Origin: Nageia nagi
Lineage: Eukaryota > Plantae > Pinophyta
Assembly: GCA_050084985.1 (NCBI GenBank)
Contig: JBITNC010000001.1
Coordinates: 70,184,001 to 70,248,000 of the forward strand
Length of the DNA stretch: 64,000 bases
Direction: 5' to 3'
Of this stretch, positions 24,060 through 36,100 are shown piece after piece. Each line of letters starts with the position of its first letter. Position 1 is the stretch's first letter. Under the pieces are notes generated by a model. The model worked only from the letters and a program-made list of their open reading frames with translations. It searched no databases and was not told the origin of the DNA. The translations under genes and the position numbers were made by a program.

Positions 24060-26580
24060 CCCCATAGATTGTTTGTAGTTTCCCAAAAAACATATCCAAC
24101 TCATCAACATCGCTAAAAGACTTTAATAAGTGGCTTGATTTTTGGGACATACACAATAACATAACCTTTTCTAATAGCGACAAATTAAAAGTTCAAATTG
24201 CAAATAAAGAAAATCAAACAATTTGAAATGATGATAGCATCAAAGATAAAAGAAAACTAACTTACTTTAAAAATATTATTAATCCAAAACTTGAACCTCT
24301 CACCTACCTATATAAAGTTACCAATCTCAAAAAGAAACTTTTTATCATAGAATTAAGTACTAATTCACATGATTTACATATTGAATCTTGTAGACGGACA
24401 ATACCTTAAACAACTTAGGATAAAAGGATTTGTAAGTATTGGAATCTAAATGACACAGAGGATGAGACTCACCTTATCTTTTTTTGCCCACTATACAAAG
24501 ACATTAGACAAACCGACAAAGGTATATGTTTTTTTTGTAAGGGTATAAAATATTTACAACGGGTTTTCCAAAAAATAGGGCCCCAAAACCTGTATATACA
24601 TGATGATATAGATGTTCTGCAGTATTACAAATGAGTCAAAAAATAATCACAAAGTTTCCTCATAGATGAACAAAAAGCTACTAGCTATCAACATTCTCTA
24701 TAGGATCCTAAATGCACCAACCATACACTGACTGCACTACTAAGCTCCAATCAGTTTCAAAGTTAGTCTTTCTTATTGAAACAGTCCTAGAGAAATTCCA
24801 TTTCCATATTTGTCAAACATTCCAAATTTGGGATTGGGATGGCCATAGGGACCTCTTTCTGATGAGAAGCTAGGGTCACCTTCCACTTGTCCCTATCTAA
24901 TTTTTGTTTATTGTACCATGGGTATTGAATAGCCTTCATTGATCTTCTGACTAGATGAACATTCTTCCATTCTTTACCTCTCTTGTCGATTCAACCCCAT
25001 TTAGCAAAGTGCCTCCATTTCCCTTAGACCTTGAATCTCATTTTGGGAATGAGCATCTGTAACTTGTTGAGGCTCTTAGGATCATGTCCAAAGTAGTTCT
25101 TTTAGGAATTCTAATCCTCTTGGTGATGCTGATGATCCTCACTTTCCTCCTCATTCATATGGCTTTGGTTTCCCATAGGGGAATTTGCATTCATATATCC
25201 AGACTTAGAGGGAAACAATGCCAATCTTCTAATTCTTCTAAAGGAGCCCAAAGATCTTTTGACTCCTCCTCTTCTGGTAGATTTGGTGGTTCCTCAAGGG
25301 GATTCTCCTCCATACCCGTAGCATCTAGTGTTGTCATCACTTCTCCTTTCTTCTCTTCCTTAGCCTCCACCTTAATTACTTCCATACCTTCATCCTTATC
25401 TTCATAATCATCAGAGCAATCCACCAATTTAATCCTCCCTTCAGTGCTAACTTCCCTCTTTCTATCACCTGAGATAAAATCCTTCGAATTTGAAGAGACC
25501 ATGATAATCAGAGGGCTAATAGGCTCCTTGGTTGGGAAGGACTACTAGGGGAGCCACTACTAGAGAACTCTATGGGGGTTGGGTCTTACAGAAGGGGTTT
25601 AAGCATCTATTGAAATAGGGGCCTCACCCTCCTTATCCCTAGGCGCTCAAAATCTACCAAGATTTTGATTAATCCTTGGTGCACTGGCATTTCCCTCCTA
25701 TTCTTTCTAATGTATGCATCTAGAGAGTGATACATGAAAAAGGAAAGATTGATCCTATATGTTTCCTTAAAATGATTTAACAAAACAAAGTGCACCCCAA
25801 AAAGTTTAGTGTATCTACCTTCCATGGTGAATAGCTTCGTAATAAATTTCACCACCTCATCCCATGGATACCGAATAGAAGTAATTGGGTAGGCAGATTT
25901 CCTTATCTCCAGGAGAGGGACCCCTTGCTCGTAGAACATCTATACTTAAGAAATCGAAGTCCTCATGTCTCTGCTATACCTACATCTTGAATTGGCCATT
26001 CTCGTAGCTGCCTCAATCAATTCGGGGTTGATTGAGAAGTGTCACCCATCCACCAAGACTCTTCCTCCATCTCATGAATCTACTACCTACCTTGACCAAC
26101 TGGGGTTGTGGCCATCCAAGGTGTCCACAAATTTGTATATACCTCCATTGCATAAGATTCTCCACACCTCTTGGTCCCTCCTGAATTCTTCTCTCGTAGA
26201 TGGTTCTAGATGCTTCTATCCCATCATCGTTTCTGCATGCAAATTGAATGTAGATTGGCTATGGGCACTTTGTTATAATAGGAAAAATGCAGGTTGCCTA
26301 CCTAGACGCCATATTTGGACCCTCCACATGTCTTATTATCAGCAGCCAGTCTTCTTTCGATCTATGGCATTTGTACAGGGAGATGGCATGTCACTTCCAC
26401 ACATGCTTTCCTCCAAGATTACCTTCTTTCATTCATGTTGATCATGTCAGAGTTGCACTTCCCCACCCTCCCTATCTATCCGACAGAGTTATATAGAACT
26501 TCAAGTTGATCCACAAATTTTTAAACCAAGATAACCGAAAAAAAGCTCGATAATTGTATCATTCAATGTAATTATGTGAG
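24060..26580 (+). mobile_element. 3' end of RTEX/L2-like LINE, split by an insertion at 24528-26479
   Basis: STNSHDLHIESCRRTIP..DKRICKYWNLNDTEDETHLIFFCPLYKDIR is the C-terminal CCHC-type motif. The sequence resumes at ~26495 (AACTTCAAGTTGATCCACAAAT), matching the minus-strand copy. Confidence 0.75.
24528..26479 (-). mobile_element. 5'-truncated poly(A) retroelement (L1-like 3' end) carrying a non-RT ORF; 15-bp TSD
   Basis: A-tail at 24529-24536 (T run on +). TSD CCGACAAAGGTATAT (24513-24527) / CCGACAGAGTTATAT (26480-26494). Decayed ORF ...VWRILCNGGIYKFVDTLDGH...PWDEVVKFITKLFTMEGRY..FGVHFVLLNHF..INLSFFMYHSL..HQGLIKIL, then an acidic tail. Confidence 0.75.
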
Positions 26581-26679
26581 AAACAATCATTCAAATACTT
26601 AATTAATATATTTTTACTTCTGGACAAACTTTGATAGGTTCTAAAATATATTATTTAAAAGGACATTAAAAGACTTATC

Positions 26680-28690
26680 TTAATTAAGTTGTATAATAAA
26701 ATCATCGAGCTTGTTTTAGTTATCATAGTTTAAGAATTTGTGGATCAAGTTGAAGTTTGTAGGTATTTCTAATACCTTTGTATAATGGGTAAAAAAAAAA
26801 GAGAAAGTGCTCATCCTCTACAACATTTTGATAACAATAATTTCAAATTGTTTTATCCTAAGGTGTTTTAGGTGTTGTCCATCTACCAATGTCATTATGT
26901 AAATCATGTGAATTAGTTAATTTTGTTATTGCAAGCTTCTTTATTAGACTAGTAATCTTATGTAGGTAGGAGGGAGGTTCCAGTTTCAAATAAAAATAAG
27001 TTTCCTTTTATCTTTGATGTTATCATAATTCCAAATAAAATTATTTATTTTATTAACAATTTGAACTTCTAATTTATTGATATCAAAAGGGGTTATGTTA
27101 TTATGTATATCCGAAAAATCAAGCCACTTACAAAATTCTTTTAGCCAACCTCTTTTATGATGTTGATGAGTTGTACAAGTTTGTTGGGTAATTACACGCA
27201 ATCCATAGGGATATAACTTTGTAAGTTTATAATTATATAATATATATTGTTTTAAAAGCTTCACTTTCAATAAGGAGTAAATCAACTTCCGTGAGAAGGA
27301 TAGGCTAAGGTAATTTGGAATTATAAAAGATAAATTATTTTTAAATTTGCTCAATTTTATTCCATATTTATCAAGATATGCTTCCACGTCATACTTCACA
27401 ACCATAAAGTATTATTAGAGTTACAAGGCAGAAAAAAAAAGAGTTCTTTTTATCCTAATTCTAAAGTTCTATATTTTTACATTTATCTTGCAACCCATAA
27501 AAGGTTTTTACATTTATCTTGCAACCCATAAAAGGTTTTCCAACCAATAGAGATTCTTTTTTCAACATTTAAATTCTAGTTTAGTTTATGATTTATGTTA
27601 ATACCCTAGTATTTATAAGATAGAACCATCTTGAAGTGTTGGTTATAAAAGAGGACCATATGGTGATCCAGTTTTTTTAGATTTAATTATTGTATTTTTT
27701 ATTTTATCTACATTAACTATTAAACCAAAAATATTACAAAATGCTTGAAGTATATTTAATTATTTTACAAGATCATCATAATGTTTAGCTAATAAGACAA
27801 TACCATCCACATAAATAAGAACAATAACAAAGTTATGAAAGTTGATGTCTATACAACCAACTTCTTCAAAATAATTTTCTAGTTGATCTATGTCAATACC
27901 AAAAAGAGTTGGGGATAGAGGGTAACCTTGTTTAACTCCAATATTGCAACTAATTTTCTCACACTACCCTTGATTAGTTTTGAGTTACGCTATAACTTGT
28001 TTATAAAGCCTATAAACAACAAATCTTAATTTAGAAGGTAAATTTAATTTAGCCCTACACTCTAAAAGTTGGTCCCTAGGAACAGTATCAAAGTTTTTTT
28101 TTTTTTAATCTACAAAGTAAACAAATAAGTCTTCTTTATCATTTTGATAATTTTTAACAATAATTCAAAAAGTGAGGATGTGATCAATTGTTAAATGTTT
28201 GTTTCTAAAACCAATTTGACCTTTAGCTTTTAAATTATTATTATCAAACCAATTGTTAATTTTATTTTCTATAATAAATTTGGCAAGTAAAAGATTTCTC
28301 ATAATAGTTCTATAATTCAATAGGTTGTTTGTGTCTCTAGTTTTGTAAATAGAAACAATAGAATATATAGTTCATCGCTTTGGGAAGCCTTACATAATAT
28401 ATGCATTGAACAGGGTTTGTACACGATGAGTCGTCAAGCTACCAATTTTTAGAAATTTTGTTTGATGTCCTTTTATACCTTTGGCCTTATCTTTTGATAA
28501 TCTTTTAATTCCATCTTTAGTGTCCTTTAAAAAGAAAACATTATTTTGGATGAAAGGAGAAGCCAAATCTTGCAAGGAGTTCTCCATATTTAATAAGGAT
28601 ATATCAAAAAAATTAGATAATAGTTCTAATTATTTAAATCAATTTAAAGTTCAATTATCATTTTTCTAAGTAAAATTATTTTCCAAAACG
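26680..28690 (-). mobile_element. RTEX/L2-like LINE ORF2 (RT + C-terminus) pseudogene
   Basis: GFRN..TIDHILTF, VD..K.FDTVPRD.L, CNIGVKQGYPLSPTLFGI, LIYVDGIVL (=YADD), YKYLG-like and NSHDLH.D.GRW..P...EDE.HF..CP motifs. Confidence 0.8.
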
Positions 28691-29450
28691 TAGAATGGGA
28701 GACAATGAGGATGCTGGGGAGGAGCTGGATAAATATTTTCAGAATGGGAGACAAGGGGGATGCTGGGGAGGAGCTGGATAAATATGGAGCTACGTTCGGG
28801 ATTGCGAGCAGAGGAGACAAGCAAATATTCATGAACGGAGATGCGATAACAGAGAATGGTTCAGATCGGAATGTTATGGATGGTAAGCAAAGGAAAGATA
28901 GTGGCCCCAGAGAACTGGTGGAAGAGGCCGCTCCTACAAAGAGCAAAGTGGTCGGAAAACCCGATGGGCTGCACACGGAGCGTTTTAGAAGGACTGAAAA
29001 TGTACTGTGGAAGATGCATTCCGGTAATGGATGGATTCAGAGGAGAGATAAGCTTTAGAGCTGTCAATCTTGGTGTCTCCATGAGATCTGGCTGCAATTT
29101 GTTATGTTTCTTGATTGCTGTTTCAAAGTGTAGAGTTTCGACCAACGACTGGCTTCTCTCACATATTGGCGGGAAATGGATTCAAAACCAGATGTCATAT
29201 CACGGTCCATTTTGTCTGTTTCAAATTGCTGAAATGGGCGAATTCATTATGCTACAAATGGGTGATTAAATACGAACCAGGAGTAAATGTTTGATTTTTT
29301 TGTGTTAATAATGAACCAATTATATCCCATCAATGGCGTGAATCGTGCTGCGGGCGGGAAGTTTTTGTTCAAAATATGAACCACTGATGCGATCTAAAGG
29401 TTGACGTTTTTTTTGTTTAAATTGGTTGTATTCGGTCAATAGATGATTGA
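28690..29450 (-). promoter_or_regulatory. CpG-rich, promoter-like island with E2F-type sites and a possible orphan first exon
   Basis: CpG is retained, unlike the flanking TEs. GGCGGGAAA (=TTTCCCGCC) at 29168-29176 and GGCGGGAAG at 29353-29361. Minus-strand ORF METPRLTALKLISP.. from ~29082. 49-bp tandem duplication at 28692/28741. Confidence 0.35.
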
Positions 29451-29472
29451 CATTATGCAGCAAAAAAAGTAC

Positions 29473-29600
29473 ACTAGCTTAGATATCTTAAAGACACATA
29501 TCTAGAAATATTGAAAGGTATCAATATTGACTCTCTCTTTTTTTTGGATTGATACCTCTCAGCATATTTAGATATATATCTTTAAGATGTCTAAACTAGT
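29473..29600. mobile_element. Small foldback/MITE-like element (copy 1)
   Basis: ~52-bp imperfect inverted arms ACTAGCTTAGATATCTTAAAGA..GGTATCAAT / ATTGATACC..TCTTTAAGATGTCTAAACTAGT. Confidence 0.7.
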
Positions 29601-30074
29601 TTATTTCTCAATCTCATCTGCTTGTAATTACCATATATATTATGACATCTATTTAAATGTAATGCAGCTCCCATTCATTTTCCAAACTGAGGGGTTAATA
29701 ACAGGACAACAAAGGCAAGAATGTATTTAAAAAACATGTCTTATGAAGCTTTTTTACTGCCTAGATAGATATATAGTGTATTGGATGTGAAAAACTAACA
29801 GCATCCTTTTATTGATATGACCAAAGACAGTAGAATCCAGCACAGATTTAGGATGGATCCTATGTAAAGTTTAAAAAGTACTATAAAAAGATTGATGCAA
29901 CCCACAGTGGTGGAACGTGAATGCTTTGAACAAAGTAAGTATATAGGACAAAATTACAAGAGAGCAAGAATTCAATCAATTCATGGCTTGCACATATGAT
30001 ACAAATATAAGAATAGGGCACTTAATAAGAAATTACAGACGAGGAATTTCAAATAGTCATATCGCACATGCTAC

Positions 30075-30164
30075 CTATTGAACTATTTCTAGTGCTACTT
30101 GAGACGTGCATAAACCAATGGCAGACTTAATCCCATCTCTGTCAAGTGATGCCTTAACAACAAT
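30075..30164 (-). CDS. SDP: SDP-like terminal coding exon
   Basis: cag|IVVKASLDRDGIKSAIGLCTSQVALEIVQ*, stop TAG at 30075-30077. Confidence 0.88.
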   Translation of the reverse strand: MVVKASLDRDGIKSAIGLCTSQVALEIVQ

Positions 30165-33100
30165 CTGTACAAAATTGTGCATATCAGAGTTTCATCTTAT
30201 GAAAGTAATCAACTGGAAATGATTCTAATGAATCTGACAAACGTTTACCTCTTGTACTTTATTTCCGGATCTAGCAAAGATCTTGTACTGGTCTCCATAC
30301 GAATCAGACAAATAAACCTGAAAATTAATGTGCAAGTGACACTAAGTACTGGTCAATTTTAGTATTTTACATCGGCCTTTGAAAACAGCATCAAATAACT
30401 AGTGTCCATGTCCCACACAAATTCAGAATTGGTATTATGTCATTATATCACAGGTCATAGAAATGGCTACTGTCCTGAAAGTTCATTGACAACTTGTTAT
30501 GAATACCTAATCAAGGCGCACAGAAAATCTTATAATTGTTCCATCTTTCTTTATAAGGTAATTTATATGAATGGCACATGTTCAGAAGAAGATGATGTTT
30601 TTTGCAATATGTATTATGAACTTAATTGTGCCGCTACATTGAATAGAAATAACTCTTTACTTTCCTCTTACATTTATTTCTTCATATTATCATTGCATTA
30701 TAATGTTGTTTTACTGATGCAAAATTTACATGTAACAGTTTTACTCTGTGAACTGTTTTTTTTTTTTTCTTTATGTTTTTACAAAACCTGCATTACATGA
30801 TAAAACTGTCACAATTGACAGTTTTATCATGTAATGCACCAGTAAAACAACATTATAATGCAATGATAATATGTAACAGTTTTATCATGTAATGAAGTGT
30901 TTTTTTTTCTTATTGTTTTTACAAAACCTGCATTACATGATAAAACTGTTACATATATTGTAATGCTCTTGACAGTTTTATCATGAAATGTCATGAACGA
31001 AATGCAAGGAAAGAAGAACCTGAAATTTGCCACCAATTGTGTCTCCATGTCTTTCTGTATTCAAGTGAAATGTGATTCGGCTAAGTGAGCTAAATCTTGC
31101 CTCTTGCCTGAATACTTTATAAGTTGTCAAAAAAGTTATGTAGATCCATCTTTGAAGCTTAAAGATAGAATCATCAGCCCAAAAAACATTTAGAAAGTTC
31201 TTCCCACCAAGATGTGTGATTATTGGATTTGACTATCAATTTTGAGCTTCCTCAAGTAGGTAACTGACAGCATCTACAACTATTACATAAAGACATGGAG
31301 CCAGTAAGAAGCCTTTTTGGATTGGTATGTGGAGGTGTACAGAATCACATATAGTATCATTTACAAAAACTCTATCAAATGCATCAGAAAAGAATGTATA
31401 GACAGCGTTATGAAAATACTGCCCAAAAACAAGAAAATCCAACATGTATAGAATACAATCGAATCTATCATATGTCATATCAAAGTCAACCTATAGGAAG
31501 AGTTTTTTTGGACAAACTCAATAGCCTAATCAACAACTTCCCAACCTGTAATAAGATTGTAAAAATAAATATTCCTTCTATGAATCCTATAAGAGGAAAC
31601 ATAACTGGAAAAAAAAATAAAACTAATCAATTGGTACTTTAAGTGCTCCTATTAACCTGTTTGTGGTATGGTATACATAATGACTTGTTCTTAACAAACA
31701 TTCCATCCAACCACCACTTTCATTCTTCTAGCAAGATTTTATCAAGGATTCTATAGGAAACATTTAAAAAAGTAAGTACCATCCATTCTCTTTTGGGGCC
31801 TTAGGAACTGAATTTGATAATAATTGCATTAATTTGTTCACAATGATCCCCTTGCTAATTGATTCTTGACACATTTTAGCATATTTATACCAATATCAAG
31901 CCACACTCTCTTGTAAAATTCCACTAGAAGTCCATCTATACCTAGTGTTTTACTACCTTTAATTTCTTTAAAGCAACCTCAAGTTCCTCAAACTCAATGT
32001 TTCTAGATAAAATAAGTAGTTGAAGGCTTCTATCTTTTAAGGAACAACTTTCCTGATAAGCTCTCGTGAAGCACTTTGAAGGGAATCACAACCATCAAGG
32101 GCAAAAAATGTTCCAAAAATGTGATTGTAATACGTTTTTTCTTTCTAGCTCATATTCTATAAGGTTTCAATTAGCACAAATACTTAAAATTGTCTCTTGC
32201 TTTGAGTAATGGAAATAAAAGTTTCAAATTGGCATCCTCCTTTGCCATCCAAGTCAATTGGCCTCTTATTTAGATGGCTCCTCTAGCTCTAAACTGCTAA
32301 AAATTTCCTGATTGATTTTTGTAGTCAATAGCTGCCTTATGCCTATCTTTGTTATATGGATCAACCTCTATGCCATGACCTTGCTCAAGTTACCTCATTC
32401 TGAACTAAGGAAAGCAATTGATTTGGGATGTTGTTGAGGAAAGAAAGTGAATCTACTAGAGTTAAGGAAGCAAGAAATCTTGAAGATTATGTGACTCTCC
32501 CATTTGCAGAAGATATCGCCCATAGGTTGTGATAGAATTATCTCCATTAGTTGAAGCTTGAAGCAAACTCAAATCCTCAAATCCGGACTAATAAAGGCAG
32601 ATTTTGTTCTTTGTAAGATCTTGAACAAGCACTTGGAGGACTCCAATATGAGCATTGAAGTTGCCTAGGAGGATAACCTCACCCATAGTGGAGAAATAGG
32701 AGATCTCTTGGTAAAGGTTGAGAAATGGGTTATCATCGATATGTACATTGAAGGAAGAAGAAACAGAAGGGAAGTAGCACATTGCAATGTAGACCTCATG
32801 AAAGGGGGTCCCTCTACAAACCCGCAACCATATATTCTTGGAATGCACATCTGAAGCTAAGAAGGATACATTGGGCCATAGGTTGTACCGAAAGAGGCAA
32901 ATGACTCCACTAGATCCTTAAACACTACCTCATCTACAAGTCCCATGTCTACAAGTTGAGAACCACAATAACAAGGGGGAGGGCCCACTCAGGGTTTTCA
33001 TTCGTCTTAGTGAGAGAATTGATATCTCGTGAAGCTATAACATCTCAGAAGGTTCCAAGAGGAGACCATAGAGAACTATTACAACTCCAACAAGCGATAA

Positions 33101-36100
33101 AGTAGTCGCTAGCCTCAATTGAGACTCAAGGGCAGCATCATTTAGAAGGTCCAAGACGTGACCACTACAAAGTGGAGGTGTTATGAATGACAACCATTTG
33201 CATATGATAGCCCTGTAATCACAGATGACAGTCCATTTGTTCTCCTTCTTGGCAACTACAACCAGAGTACAATCTTTCCAAACCTCCTAGACTTGAAGTC
33301 GTATGAGATCAGCATCCAAATAGATCTTGGGAAAAGAAAATAATTTCGTTTTTGCCCTCAAGACTTGCAAAAATTCCCCTGCTGATTGGAAGCAAATGAA
33401 AAAGAGTGTCATAGAGTAGTCCAAGCCTTTTCTAGAGAAATGTTTTTCAAATTCAAGGTTTCATGTAGAAAAACATGGTTGGCCTATAAAGGATCCATAG
33501 TTTCTAGTAGGCCATGAACTTGAAGATTGTGCTCCTTGGTGTGTCATATCCTCTCTTCTTCAAATTTCACCTACATCACCATGTCAACAACAAGAAGGGT
33601 TTTCTTTCCTTTCACCACTACACCCATGAACTAATAAAATGTGAATGAGAATGCAAGGATGTAACATGAGAATGAAATAGGGAGAAGATGAAAATATTTG
33701 AGGTTTGGGAAGTTTAAGCCCTCCCAAGCATCAAGTAGTGGCTATCTTTTGGGGTCCAATGATCTTTATTGTCACCAATTTTTAGCTCGGGAAGGGTTTT
33801 CTGAATAATACTTGTTCTTTTAAATGAACGTGGAACAAATTTTCTATCATTCAAGCTATAATTGTGTAATTTTCAGGAGTTTTTCTGCTAAAGATGAATT
33901 TTTGAGTTTGTTGATGTAATTTTTCTGTTCATTTTTTGTTGAAGAGAAGCAACGATATCCTAAATCAGGCATGCTTCTCCAAGTGTGGATTGTTATTCTA
34001 ATCAAACCCTTTCTGAATAAAAGAGAAATTCATGTTTATTAAACTTGAAAACATCATTCGCTTTTGCACATATGCAAATATGGATATTTGTTTCAGTTTA
34101 GGTGTTGTATGGTTCTTCCATTGGCTACTGTTGCAGTTATTTTTCATGATAAAATATGGCTTTTGAATTGTAAATGTTTGCCCCATTGATGCACTGAATA
34201 ATAGTCTTCTTCATTCATTTGTATTAAGATTTGTTATGTACTATCATGTACTGTATCGCTTTTAAAAAGGACAAGTAGTCATTCCATTGATGCATTGGTT
34301 AATTAATATACCTAAATTGTGTTATTAGTAGACTTGAGAAAATGCAAACTGATGCAAGATCTGATTATTATGAGGGAACTAGTAGACAAACAGGTGGTTG
34401 AGAAGTATTTTTTTCATGATTCACAACTAACTACAGCAAGCCAAAACATGTGGTTAACAAACCACTACAAGACAATACGTACAATCCATGTGACTACAAC
34501 AAGCTACTACATGACAAGCTAATAAATCTAATGACTTAGACTTTAGGAATAATGTTTATTCCAACATTCTCCCCTTTGATGCTAAGGGACTCTTTCAAGA
34601 GTTCATAAGCATCACAAACTGGAAGAAACTCAATCTTTTGCATCTCCTCCAATTTGTCAATAAAAAAGCAAAAATTGCAAAATGCTTGTTTGAGCACTCC
34701 TTCCACTTCTTCTATGGGTTCTCCTCCATTGTTGATGTTGCTCCTTCATGGTGCCAATAATTGAGTGCCATTTGATGAAAGATCCCCCTTGATCAAAACT
34801 TTCTTGTAATGGCATTCCATCAATGCCATAAGTATTGGTTTTCAAGAATCAATCTCTCTCACAATGGTCTTTGAACCATTCTTCTTTTACATCATTACAT
34901 TTCCATACTCCACATGAGTATGTTTTAATCATCTCATAATGATGATTATATATCACGACACATTCACAAACCTCTACACACACTTTCAAATAATAGATAG
35001 CCAAACATTGGCTAATGACAATGCAACATTAAGTTGCTCCTCACACAAATTTTCTCTCCTCACAATGGTTTTACATAACACATTATTTTCTTTTTCTCCA
35101 TTTGAGTCCAAGTGACTCAAGATCTCCATTTCCATTATGGTCTTCAATGATGCCTTTTCAAGGCATTCTTCTTCCTCAAACTTGTTTTCAACACATTTAA
35201 ACAAACCATTAGTATAAAAATATCTATCACCTCCAATGGTGATTTCTTTTCCTTCATTTATCTCATTTGCTTTCTCATCTTCAACCTCCCAAATGAGATA
35301 ATATTGTGTGCTCTTCTATTCACACACCATATCATGATCTTCAAACATGGAGCTTATAGCCTCCATTTCGTCATTATCAATGGCCTCTTTTAGATCATCA
35401 TCCCATATTATCTTTATAAGACAATCATCATGTGCCTCCTTCATGGAGCACTCTTCATTTCTCTCCAGTCCATGTGAGTGGTCTTCATCATAAGGGAGCC
35501 AACAATGCTTTTGTTGTCAACATAACACCCTTCCATGAGTGTTTGTTCTTCTTCTCCATCATTTTACCATCACCTATTTTCATATGTCTCTTCCATAAGA
35601 CTTTCTTCATCACATGCCTTCTCCATGAGGAATTTTTCATCATATGTCTCCTCCATGAGACATTCATCCTCCTTGTGATCAATGTGAATGTCTTTAAAAC
35701 ATGCCATTTTCACAAGAGGTTTTGCATTACTCTCTTCCATGAGAGTTTCACAAGGCCCCACACTAGGCTCATCTTCATACATGTCTTCCTCTTCAAGGAA
35801 GAATTCATCATCATGCATTCCTTCTTCATAAGAAAAAGCATGTACACCTTGTCAATTTCAACTCAACTACTTCCAAGCTTGGGCACACTAGGTGCAATTA
35901 TTCCTCAATATTCTACACAACCACCTCTTATGGTAGAACTCATAGGCTGACAATTATTTTGACAGGTTCGTTTTTCACCAAATAGAACACACAACAGCAG
36001 CAAGGGTTGTCCCCGACTTGCAGAGGGCCTTCTTCAAGCTTGGTGACTCTCCTTTTACAATAAATGGGCCTCTCCAATGTTGCGTTCTCTCACAGCAGTT

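Noticed and set aside
28705-29058. 117-aa plus-strand ORF as a real gene or PPR fragment
   Set aside because: No convincing family motif; it begins in a tandem duplication at a LINE junction.
35432-35950. 172-aa hydrophobic ORF (env-like/membrane protein)
   Set aside because: It is the antisense shadow of the acidic repeat ORF on the minus strand.
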